DNA from: Scyliorhinus canicula
Lineage: Eukaryota
Assembly (NCBI RefSeq): GCF_902713615.1
Contig: NC_052150.1
Span: 146,105,993-146,169,992, forward strand
DNA: 64,000 nucleotides
Reading direction: 5' to 3'
Shown here: positions 50,315 to 61,171 of the stretch, one piece after another
Numbering within the stretch: position 1 is the first letter of the stretch
Layout of the letters: each line of letters begins with the position of its first letter
Translations under genes and position numbers: made by a program
Notes under the pieces: model-generated
Told to the model about the DNA's origin: nothing
Databases searched by the model: none
The model's input: only the letters and a program-made list of their open reading frames with translations

Positions 50315-50824
50315 TAGCTGCTAGAATCACAGCAAAGGGCAAAACGGTGAAGGCGACCCCTTTACAATCTGTTGCAGGGTGAAATGATGAAGAAGACACG
50401 GTTTACAATCTGTTTGGGGAGCAGGGATGTAATAACCTTCATGAAACCCATGGGGAGACTTGAATTGATCTCCCCATGGGACTGGTTGAATACGAACTCC
50501 CACCCTTGTGAGCGGAGGCCTGCTAAATTCGTCTAATAAAAGTCAGCCCGGACTGAGAAGGTGTGACTGGTAGTCCTGGTTGGGAACTTTGAAATGTAAA
50601 CCTTTACTATGTGTTGGTTTATTAAATACTGTTTAACTTACCTTCTCGGGCCTCCTGAGCTTTAATAGCTATCCTATCAAACGGAACAAAATCAATCAAG
50701 AATAAGATCAAGTGTTATTCTTTAAATTAAAGTCACACTCCAGGGACCTTTCACATTGGCAAATATGAGAATCTAAACCAGAGCACTCTAGGATCCATAT
50801 AGAAATGTCAGAAACTCACATCTT

Positions 50825-51174
50825 TTAAAAAATTCTTTCATGGGATGTGGATCTCGCTGACAAGGACAACATTTGCTGCCCATCTTTAATTGCCCTTGAA
50901 CTGAGTGGCTTGCTCAGCCATCTCAGGGGGCAGCAAAGGGTCAACCACATTGCTGTGGATCTGGAGTCACATGTAGGCCAGACCAAGTAGGATGGCAGAT
51001 TTCCTTCCCTAAAAGACATCAGTGAACCAGATGGGTTTTTACAACAATCGATGATAGCTTTGTGGTCATAATTACTGAGCCTAGTTCAGTAATTCCACAT
51101 TTTATTAATCAAATTTAAATTCCATCAACTGCTGTGTGGGATTTGAATCCATATCTCCAGAACATTACCCTGGG
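50825..51174 (-). mobile_element. tRNA-derived SINE (family D) whose tail matches the family-B LINE 3' end; head truncated by an LTR
   Basis: B-box-like GGATTCAAATCCC; tail TCAAGGGCAATTAAAGATGGGCAGCAAATG..CACATCCCATGAAAGAAT. Confidence 0.8.
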
Positions 51175-51626
51175 TGTAGTATCTTGAAAGACTGGTGACC
51201 ACCAAGTAGATTAACAAATACATTCTTTATTAGGGCAAATAACTGTTTCCAGAGTGAGATAAACGCTACTGTACTCCATGACTCCAAACTCCTAACTAAC
51301 AGTAACCTGCGTTCAGCCCCAAGATTCTTATGCTCCGGCCTGATTAGCCCTGTGGGTGACATGACCCTCAGAGAACCCGCCCCCTTAAAGGGGCACACTA
51401 TCAGATCCCTGCCCATTTAAGTCCCTGATAAACACATTGCAACAACAATTGAACTGCTTACAATATTATATAACAAATGGATCTCAGCACAGTCCCGTAG
51501 AAGGTAAGTCTTTCCGGGGACTTCCTTTTCCTTTCAGAGCACCGTAATTCACTAGCAGCTGCTCCCGCATTAGAGGAAATCTCGATGTGAAGCTCACTGG
51601 ATTGTCTTTTGACTTGTGAAGGTATG

Positions 51627-52236
51627 GGGCGCAATTCTCCGCAACGGCCGACGCCGGCATGAAACCCGGAGTGTTTCACGACGGCGTCGGAGGCCGCTCC
51701 CCTATTCTCACACCCCCCCCCCCCCCCCCCCCCCCGGGGCTAGGAGCGGTGTTGCGGGGAACTTGGCCGCCGGGCCTTGACGCTGGCGTCAAGGCGGTGC
51801 ACCGAGAATGACGCAGCCGGCGGCGCCTACGTGACGCCAGCCGCGCATGCGCGGTTGCCGTCTTCCCCTCCGCTGCCCCGCAAGACATGGCGGCTTGATC
51901 TTGCGGGGCGGCGGAGGGGAAAGAGTGCGTCTGGCCCGGCGATGGTGGGCACCAATCGCGGGCCAGTCCCCTCCCGAGCACGGCCGTGGTGCTCGATCCT
52001 CTCTCCGCCCCCCCACAGGCCCCACACTTACCCGTCGTGCGCTGTTCACGCAGGCAGCGACCAGGTGTGGTTGACGCCGACGTGAACAGGTCGGGAACGT
52101 CAGGCCGCTCGGCCCATCCGGGCCGGAGAATCGCGGGTCGCCGAGCCGCAATTCTCCAAGCAGCGAATCGCGGGGGGTGCCAGAGCGGCCCTCCTGCGAT
52201 TCTCTCACCCGGCCTGGGGAGCGGAGAATCGCACCC
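51627..52236 (-). mobile_element. GC/CpG-rich Harbinger-type MITE (related subfamily, opposite orientation)
   Basis: TIR GGGCGCAATTCTCC ... GGAGAATCGCACCC; AT on both flanks; the reverse-complement start resembles the start of 683-1442. Confidence 0.85.
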
Positions 52237-53348
52237 ATCGTCCCTGCAGATAATTTTCCCCACTTTCCTCTGGAAAATATCTGGGCTCTTCCTCAGGGTT
52301 GTTTGCTGTAGAATCACTTTCATTTGTACGAATATCACTCACAAGCATACTAGGAGCTCACTGCCCCATTGGTTTGGTTTGCGATTTTCTCCTTCTCCAA
52401 TAGTCCAGGTGTTTCTTCACAGTTTTTCCTTGGATATCTATCTCATATGACACTGGACCTGTTCTGGTCACAACTGTTCCAGGAATCCAGCACCAAAATT
52501 CTTGACATGTACCAATCGTCCATCTCAAATCTTCTCTCAGCGTTTCTCAAGTCATGCTGTTTCTTCTGGTGTTCTGTTATGCCTCCACCCTCCATGGCAA
52601 CTTCAGAAATATCAGATCCAACCATGTTGTAATGCACCTGCCCATTAACAACTCAGCAGGTGTAACACCTGTGGTGATATGAGATGGTGTTCCCGAGATG
52701 ATCAGGAAACGGCCAGTTTGAGTTGTAGAGAGGCTGATGATTGTTTCTTCATGGCAGCTTTGAATGTTCAGACATCTCTCTCAGCCAGTCCATTTGAAGC
52801 AGGGTAGTTGGGAGCAGTTCAAATGTGTTGAACACTGTTTTTTCTCATGAAATGTTGGAACTTATCACGAGCAAAGACAGTCCCATTATCTGAAAGCAGA
52901 ACTTCAGGCAGACTCTGGGTGGCGAATGCCTGTTGCTATTTTTCTATCGTTGCTGTTGAGGTCGTGGACTCCTTTTCGTGTATGTCCACCACTTGGATTG
53001 AGCAACTATGATAAACAAGAACATGGAGCCCATGAATGGGCCTGCAAAATCGACATGTAACCACATCCATGGACACTGCCAAGAGTTTGAGACTGGTCAC
53101 ATTGTCTGACTAGAGTCTCTATGACAATATCCATCCTGGACCACCACGCATTCCTGCAAGCGAGCATTTTCATCTTTGTCATCCATGGATGGACACAGTG
53201 TAGTTCTTGCAACAGTAGCTGTCTTATGGGGGTGGGAAATGCCATCCTTGCGCCCCACTAAAACTTCACAACTTAACTCATCTTTACTTACCTGAAAGTG
53301 ACATAACTGCTCAGACCTGTTATCCTGATGCCAGCTATGGAGGACCAT

Positions 53349-53518
53349 GGGGGGGATTCTCCACCCCGCCGTGCCACATTTCTGCCCCGACTCGCCGGCA
53401 GGATTTTCTGTTACGCCAGCTAGTCAATGGGGTTTCTTATTGTGGGGCAGCCCCTTGCCGTCGGGAAACCCCCAGGCACCGGCATAACGGAGAATTACCC
53501 CGGCGGAGAATTGCGGCC
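53349..53518. mobile_element. Short Harbinger-type MITE
   Basis: GGGGGGGATTCTCC ... GGAGAATTGCGGCC with a CAT duplication; removing it restores host KHMVLHSW. Confidence 0.85.
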
Positions 53519-54196
53519 CATGTGTTTGACTCAAAATAATATGGGGTCGTTTCAGTCTTTTTGGGTCCAAAACTTGACCTGTTGCACGGACACTGGCAAA
53601 TTATCAAGAAAGTTTAAAGCAAGAATGATTTTGTGTGGTCCTGGCAGGGGTGGTATACTTTTGGGTTAGGGAAGGTGGCTTAAAAGGTTTGTGTTTACAA
53701 TATATGTGCCCGGCCTATGTTGAAATGGATACTCATAGGCTGCCAACAATAGAGCCCAAAGTTGAACCCTGGCTGAAGCTATGGGGGAATGGCCTTATCC
53801 TCCCTAAATAAGCCCAAAGGGGTGCGTGGTTGGTAACTACTATGAAATGTCGTCCATAGATGTATTAATTAAACTTTTTCACTCCAATGGTTACGGCTGG
53901 TCACTCTTTTTGATTTGCAAGTGAGCCTGTTCAGCATTGATCAGAGCTGTCGAGGCATAGGCGATTAACTTTCTGCACCATCTTCCATCTTGTGTGCTTA
54001 AATAGCTCATATTCTGTCAGGAGACGTGTCACAAGTAAGAATTATCTCTTTTGAAGGGTCAAGGTGAAACAAGAGATTGAATTACTGCAAAGATGATTTG
54101 ACCTGTTTAAAGGCTTCTTTCTGGTGCTCTCTCCAGTACCACCTCCAATGCTTCTTGAATAGTGTGTGTAGGGGTGTCAAAACGATAGAAAGATTA

Positions 54197-55105
54197 GGGG
54201 CGGAATTCTCCCAAAGTGTCATTTTGGGCAGGTTTCGTGGGGGGTGATTCCCTCCAGGTGTTTGGGTGCGATCTTGATCTGTACTCACCCACAAGTAGTC
54301 AATTTTGGAGCTTTGGGAGTTTCTCACTGAAAACTCCCACAAGTTGAATTTCTTTCTGCAGTGGGGAACTAAGGTTGCCGGCAAGACCAGCTCCTCAGAG
54401 ACCGGGGCACAATTTTTAAAGGGTACTCAATTTCACAGTGAGGTTGAGGGTCCCCCACAACCCCCACAAATGGATCTCATGAACCCCTGCAGACATGGAC
54501 AACACCCTCCACCCTGGAGGAGCAACCTCTCCCCATCACTAAAACACCACTTCACCCCCCCCAACCTCCCCATCCCACCCAGGCATGAGGGTGACCCAGC
54601 CCCACACCCGTATATCCTTGTCGGCATTGAAGCATAACACCCCCCCCCCCCAACAAGTGAGCTTATCCCCCACCTTCAGTACCCCCGCCTTTTAGGCACC
54701 CCATTTCAAGCCCCCTTTGCCCCCCCACCACCCTTCATAACCCCCTGTTCATATACCCCCTTAAACCCGCCCAACCTTCATACTCCCCTAACCCCCCCCT
54801 CTTTCTTGGGCATTGCCTCCCTCAGGTCCCAACCCTTCACAGTGGCCCTTGGCACCCTGGCGAAAGCCAATCAGACCCCAAGGCACTGTATCTGACACCC
54901 TAGCAGTGCCAACATGGCACCCCTGCAGTGCCAGATTGGCACTGCCAGGGTGCCAGGTTGTCACTTCCTGGGTGCCAGGGGAAATGCCTTAAACACTGCC
55001 TTGCCCTGTCCCTGACCATCCAGGGTATCCAATGGCCTCTGAGACCCCTGGCGTGGCCATCACATCTGGTCTCCATTTCTGAAGACCAGTACTAATTTCT
55101 GCTGG
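54197..55105. mobile_element. Harbinger-type non-autonomous element, one TIR only
   Basis: Starts GGGGCGGAATTCTCC; C-rich interior with GGCACTGCCAGGGTGCC repeats; the right end is lost together with part of the host RT. Confidence 0.6.
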
Positions 55106-55598
55106 CTTGACTCCAGTCTTTTAAAATCTTTTTAAAATTTCTTTGAGATTTGCTAGGTGTGCCTCTTCGGATGCTTCTGTCATCAGTACATGGTATAGAG
55201 AGAACACGACCTTGGATAGGTCCTATAGTAAGCTTTCCATCGTAAGCTAGATAGTTAAACATACTGATAAGACTCTGAAGACTAGTCTGGTGTACTGGTT
55301 TTGACCTTTATTGGTATTTATAGTAACAAATTCTCTATAAGCCTCATCTAATTCCAATTGTTGGTACTCATGGCTCATATTAAGTTTAGTGTAAGTTAAG
55401 CCTCCTGCTAATTTAGTGTATAAATCTTCAATTCTTGGTAATGGGTATCGGTCCAATTTTGCTGCCTGATTCACGGTTAATATGTCGTCTCCACATATCC
55501 TAATAGTTCCATTTGACTGGCACGATAGGAGCCACCCACTCCGAAATCTGTACAGGCTTGACGATGTCTAATTCTTCTTGCCACTTGATTTCAGACTT

Positions 55599-55822
55599 TT
55601 TTTTAAAATTTAGATTACCCAATTCATTTTTTCCAATTAAGGGGCAATTTAGCGTGGCCAATCCACCTACTCTGCACATTTTTGGGTTGTGGGGGCGAAA
55701 CCCACGCAGACACGGGGAGAATATGCAAACTCCACACGGACAGTGACCCAGAGCTGGGATCGAACCTGGGACCTCAGCGCCGTGAGGCGGTTGTGCTAAC
55801 CACTAGGCCACCGTGCTGCCCT
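55599..55822 (-). mobile_element. Short poly(A)-tailed V-SINE
   Basis: 17-bp TSD CACTTGATTTCAGACTT (55582-55598 / 55823-55839). Confidence 0.93.
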
Positions 55823-55854
55823 CACTTGATTTCAGACTTAACTTTCTCATGTAA

Positions 55855-56088
55855 AAGTAAAGTAAGTAAATTTGCCATAGTCCCAGATGACCATAGGTTC
55901 TCCCCTTTAAGAATGAGAGCTGACTGGTGGTGATTTAAACAGGATCACCACATTTCAGGCGAGGGGCAAGATCGAGAGGGCAGGGCCTTCATGAATAACC
56001 TCAGCTGGTATGTGAATTGAACCCAAACTGTTGGCCTCACTCAACATCACCAACCAGTTGTCCAGCCAACTGAGCTAAAACGGCCCCC
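55855..56088 (-). mobile_element. tRNA-derived SINE (family C), (TTTAC)n-like tail
   Basis: A box TAGCTCAGTTGG and B box GGTTCAATTC; 15-bp TSD AAC(T/C)TTCTCATGTAA. Confidence 0.85.
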
Positions 56089-56103
56089 AACCTTCTCATG
56101 TAA

Positions 56104-56270
56104 TGATGTTCAGATGCCGGCGTTGGACTGGGGTGAGCACAGTAAGAAGTCTTACAACACCAGGTTAAAGTCCAACAGGTTTGTTTCAAATCACTAGCTT
56201 TTGGAGCACTGCTCCTTCCTCAGGTGAATAAGAGGATTCACCTGAGGAAGGAGCTGTAAGACTTCTTACT
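56104..56270 (-). mobile_element. Miniature Penelope terminal derivative with a mutated hammerhead motif and a fold-back
   Basis: Reverse complement of ~25100-25228; hammerhead at 56191-56227 with GAAA>AAAA; perfect 19-bp inverted repeat; ~12-bp TSD. Confidence 0.85.
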
Positions 56271-56657
56271 CTTCTTATGTAAGGCATAGGGGATAGGTCA
56301 GGCTCCAGTAAAGCCTGGGAGTGGCCTCAGGATCCACATAAATCTTTGCTTTTCGGCCATTTATCTTGCCTAACTCTTCTTGGAAAACCTCCTGGTATTT
56401 TTTTAAGATGTCGTGCAAGTTTTGTTTGTTAATTTTGAAGATTTTTAATTTGGCGAAGCCAATCTCGGGCACATCAGACTTGGCGCTTGCCACCGCCACA
56501 CTACTATTAGAGGCAGTTGAGCTAACTGGTGCTGGTATCTTCTCAGCATTGTGGTTATTCCCAGGATTCGTAAAGCTTCTGCAGCACAGGTGGCTAGTCT
56601 GCTCCCTTATGTTCTTAACTTCAGGGGCTGGATCCCGCCTTGTAAATAGCGATGCAA

Positions 56658-56853
56658 GGAGGCACGGTGGCGCAGTGGTTAGTACTGCTGCCTCACGGCG
56701 CCCAGGTCCCAGGTTCAATCCTGGCTCTGGGTCACTGTCCATGTGGAGTTTGCACATTCCCCCCTTGTTTGTGTGGGTTCCACGCCCACAACCCAAAGAT
56801 GTGCAGAGTAGGTGGATTGGCTACGCCAAATTGCCCCTTATTTGGAAAAAATA
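56658..56853 (+). mobile_element. Short-type V-SINE, 3' end clipped
   Basis: Same body as 44490-44710. Confidence 0.88.
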
Positions 56854-57876
56854 GAGGATTGGTTAATGGTTAATTAATAGAAAGCAAAGAGTGGGGATTA
56901 ATGGGTGTTTCTCTGGTTGGTAATCAGTAGCTAGTTGTGTCCCTCAGGAATCAGTGTTGGGCCCACAATTGTTCACAATTTACATAGATGATTTGAAGTT
57001 GGGGACCAAGTGCAATGTGACCAAGTTTACAGGTGCAACAGGTGATTAAGAAGGCAAATGGAGTTTTGTTCTTCATTGCTGGAGGGATGGAGTTTAAGAC
57101 TAGGGAGTTTATGCTGCAACTGTAATGCCTTATACAGTGAGGCCACACCTGGAGTATTGTGTTCAATTTTGGTCTCCCTACCTGAGAAAGGATGTACTGG
57201 TGCTGGAGGGTGTGCAGAGGAGATTCAATAGGTTAATCCCAGAGTTGAGGGGGTTGGATTACGAGGAGAGCTTGAGTAGACTGGGACTGTACTTGTTGGA
57301 ATTTAGAAGGATACGGGGGGATCTTATAGAAACATATAAAATTATGAAGGGAATAGATAGGATAGATGCTGGAAGGTTGTTTCCACTGGCGGGCGAAAGC
57401 AGAACTAGGGGGCAAAGTCTCAAAATAAGATTTGGGTCTGAGTTTAGGAGGAACTTCTTCACCCAAAGGGTTGTGAATCTATGGAATTCCCTGCCCAGTA
57501 ATGCAGTTGAGGCTCCTTCATTAAATATTTTCAAGATAAAGACAGATAGTTTTTTGAAAAATAAAGGAATAAAGGGTTATGGTATTCGGGTGGGAAAGTG
57601 GAACTGAGTCCACAAAAGGGGACAGGTTTAGCACAGTGGGCTAAACAGCTGGCTTGTAATGCAGAACAAGGCAGAAGCAAGGGTTCAATTCCCATACCAG
57701 CCTCCCCGAACAGGTGCCGGAATGTGACAACTAGGGGCTTTTCACACTAACTTCATTGAAGCCTACTTGTGACAATAAGTGATTATTATTATTATTAAAA
57801 GATCAGCCATGATCTCATTGAATGGCGGAGCAGACCCGAGGGGCCAGATGGCCTACTCCTGCTCCTAGTTCTTATG
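56854..57876 (+). mobile_element. CR1 LINE 3' part with an internal deletion at ~57030
   Basis: VPQESVLGP; VRPHLEYCVQFWSPYLRKD..FFTQRVVNLWNSLP (ORF 57125..57607); tail GGCCTACTCCTGCTCCTAGTTCTTATG. Confidence 0.92.
57618..57797 (+). mobile_element. tRNA-derived SINE (family B, no V-domain) with (TTA)n tail
   Basis: TAGCACAGTGGGCTAAA and GGTTCAATTCCC; tail CTTTTCACACTAACTTCATTGAAGCCTACTTGTGACAATAAG(TTA)n. Confidence 0.88.
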
Positions 57877-59555
57877 TCGCTTCCCTGAATTTACATCTCC
57901 CCCATACAAGTAGCATTCTTCATAGCTCCTGGTCTGTGGACCAAACTCCCTCTATATCGGCACATTCGTTTGCTCCGAACCTCTTTGCTCATTACTATTT
58001 TTTTGTGTTTTGTAATTTGTTTTTGTTATCCAAAAGAGAAAAAGAGCAGTTAAACACAGTACAATCCAGTACTATAAAACAATTCCCCCAATAAACAAAC
58101 AAAATCTATACAAAAAAAGTAAAATTAACAATCAACAGTAATTAACTCTTTAAAGAAAGGGACAAATGGTTGCCATCTGCAAAAGAATATTCTCAGTGGA
58201 TCCTATTGTGGCATATATCTCCAAAAGTAGAAAGATAGGTCTTCCAACCAGGATGAAGCATTGGGTTGCTAGGAGACTTCCAGGTTATTCAAATCAGCCT
58301 GCGGGCTATTAATGAAGCAAATGCAATGATGTCTGATTCAATCTAAGTTAAACTGACCAGTGCAGATGAGACTCCAAATATGGCTATCCAAGGACAAGGC
58401 TGTAGGTCAATATCTTGAACTTTGGAAAGAGCCAAAGAAGGATGTCCAGAAACCATCCAACTTCGGACATGACCAGAACATGTGGGTATGGTCTGCAGGG
58501 GCGGGTGAGCACCTGTCACATTTGTTGTATTTGGAGAAAAAAACTACTAATTCTGAGCACAGAAGGATGTGGAGTTGACCCTAAAAATGGCCTCCTCCCA
58601 CCAGTCGTCCAAAAGGTCGGGTCCAATTTCCGCTTCCCAATCACGTCTTACCTTTTGGAGAGAGGAGGACGTCGAGGATATCATGAAATCAGTACAACCT
58701 TTAAATAAAAACACTGCTAGTTTGAGGCAATTCCAAAGTTGCTTCCAACAATGTACTTGGAGGTAATTGAGGAAACGATGGACAGTGCGAGCGAAGAAAA
58801 CCACAGGTTTGAAAATAGCAGCAAAGTCTAAATTCAGGTCAATTCAATTTGGCAGCAAGCTCAGTAAAGTTGGCAAATTTCCCATCCACAAACAGATCAC
58901 TGAAATGTTTGAGTCCCTTCTTACGCCGCAAGGCAAACGTTGAGTCAAGCATGGAGGGCAAGAATAACTGGTTATTACAAATAGGACCAAATAGCAAAGG
59001 AGTGGAAAGTTTAAAATTCTGATGAAATTGTTTCCATATTCTTAAAGTAGAAATCACAATGGGTTTGATGTGTACTTAGAGGGGAAAAGGTAGCAGGGCA
59101 CAAAATAAGGCTGGAAGAGAGAATAAGCAGAAGGAGTGTGCTTCCATAAGACACCAGTTTAAACACTGGATGATGCCTCCACTGTTAAAATCTTTTGAAT
59201 ATATTCATCATGCCAGGCAACCCAGGCAATGGGATGAATGATATATATACTATGAGGTCATCAGCATATAAGCAAACACGGTGCTCCACACCAGCTCAAA
59301 AGGTACCCTTTAGCAGCGTGGATTACTTTAAGGTTATTGACAGTGGTTCTATCACCAGGGCAAATAAGAAGCGTGAACAGAGGATACCCTTGACAGGTTT
59401 CCATGGATAAGGTGAAGTACTCGGAGTGTCGAGAGTTAGTGTGTATACTTGCTGTAGGGGAGGTATAAAGAAGGCAAATCCATGAAGTAAATTATGGACC
59501 AAACTGAAATTTACCCAAAATTGCAAACAGATAATCCCACTCCACCCAGTCAAGA

Positions 59556-59887
59556 GGGATGACATGATGGCTCAGTGATTTGCACTGCTGCCTCACAGTG
59601 CCAGGGACATGGATTCAGTTGTAGCCTTGGGTGACTGTGTGGAGCTTGTATGTTCTCCCCGTGCCTGTGTGGGTTTCTTCCGGGTGCTCCGGTTTCCTCC
59701 CACAATCCAAACATGCGCAGGCAAGGTGGATTGTCCATGCTAAATTGCTGCTTTATGATTAAAAGTTAAATGGGAGTTCCGGGGATGGAACGGGGGAGTG
59801 GACCTGGGCCGAGTGCTCTTTTGGTGGGTTGAAGCAGACTCGATGGACAAATGGCCTCCTTCCACACTGTAGAGATTCTATAATTCT
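59556..59887 (+). mobile_element. Older V-SINE with CR1-type tail
   Basis: Degenerate head and V-domain; tail AATGGCCTCCTTCCACACTGTAGAGATTCTATAATTCT; splits the L1 AF|D motif. Confidence 0.85.
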
Positions 59888-60147
59888 AAAAGCCTTCTCC
59901 GCATCCAGAGAGCCAACAACTTCTGGGATAGTGAAGATAGTTGGGGAAAGTGTAATGTCAAGAAGGTGACATACATTTGAGATAATTAGTCCTGCTTTAC
60001 AAAGCCAGTTTGGTCATCAGATATTATATTAGGGAGACATAGCTCCAAGCGGCACGTTAATACCTTAGCTGACAGCTTTACTTCCGCTTTTAAAAGAGAG
60101 AGAGGCCGATATTAGCCACATTAATCAGGGTCCCTGTCTTTTTTTGA

Positions 60148-60349
60148 GTAATAATAACAATAATAATAATAATCGCTTATTGTCACAAGTAGGCTTCAAT
60201 GAAGTTATTGTGAAAAGCCCCTATTGGCCACATTCCGGCGCCTGTTCGAGGAGGCCGGTACGGGAATTGAACCCGTGCTGCTGTCTTGTTCTGCATTAGA
60301 AACCAGCTGTTTAGCCCACGATGCTAAACCAGCCCCTGTGCTAAACCAG
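60148..60349 (-). mobile_element. tRNA-derived SINE (family B)
   Basis: Reverse complement of 57618-57797. Confidence 0.88.
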
Positions 60350-61171
60350 TATAAGCAAAATAAAAGTTTGAGTCAATGTAGGAGGCAGAGAACCATGATA
60401 TAATGATTTGTCAAACATATCTAGCAATAAGGGCACAACTTGAGTGGAGAACCTTTTAAGCAAATCAACAGGGAAGCCGTCAGGGCCTGGGGCCTTACCA
60501 CTTTGCATCAACTTAATGCAGTTTGTTATCTCATCCGGGTGCTAAAGGTCATCTAAGTCTCTGATTCTGTCCACATTTACAGATGGGATGTCTAAATTAT
60601 TTAGGAAGTCAGACATTGCCATGTCAGCTGATGGGAGATTGAATTTATAGAGGTTACGCTAAAAGGTCAAATTAATATCAGAGGGGTCAGTCGTCAGATT
60701 GTAGGAGGAGTCATTGATCTTGGAGATAAGTCGAGAAGCAGACTGGCACCTGAGCTGGTGGGCTAGTAGAAGGCCAGTTTTGTCCCCATATTCATAAAAA
60801 GTCCCACGTGAACGTTGTAACATGTGCACAGCTTTATTTGTGGAAAGTGAGTCAAATTAAGTCTGGAGCTTTAGCCTGTCTGTATATAATTCAGGGGTGG
60901 GGGGATCATGGAATATTGACAGTCCATTTCTAAAATTGAATCGATCAATTGTTTTCTTAATTTTCTTTGTTTGATATTGTATGCACTGTAAGAAATTACG
61001 TTTCCCCGCAGAGCCGCCTTGAGGATCTCCCATGACACTGATGGTGTGATGGAATCAGATTTGATTATTTTAATAAAATCATCAGTACTGATGGATATAG
61101 ATTTACAAAAGTCCTTGTCAGATAGCAGGGTTGGGTCAAATCTCCATGGAGGCCAATCATTAGCTTTGGAC

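Larger units (their letters stand above)
46170..50667 (+). mobile_element. Internally deleted Ty3/Gypsy element (protease, RNase H, integrase, PPT, 3' LTR 50429-~50667), split by a CR1
   Basis: EIDTGDAV; PIVYTSRTLTDTERRCAQ.KEGL; RLHADYAGPF..GIPEVLVTDN..FTS; PPT GGGGGAGCAGGGA then TGTAATAACC. Confidence 0.85.
51175..56460 (-). mobile_element. Ty3/Gypsy element (RT, RNase H, integrase, PPT, 3' LTR ~51175-51405) with many nested inserts
   Basis: YQEVFQEELG; YPLPRIEDLY.KL; PNLSIVLTPLH; HVDFAGPFMG; LSDNG; PASNGLAE; LRCSERKRKSPERL; degenerate PPT at 51406-51420. Confidence 0.88.

Noticed and set aside
56275-56854. 173-aa and 162-aa ORFs on opposite strands
   Set aside because: Chimeric read-through of a SINE, an unassigned ~200 bp and Gypsy pol.
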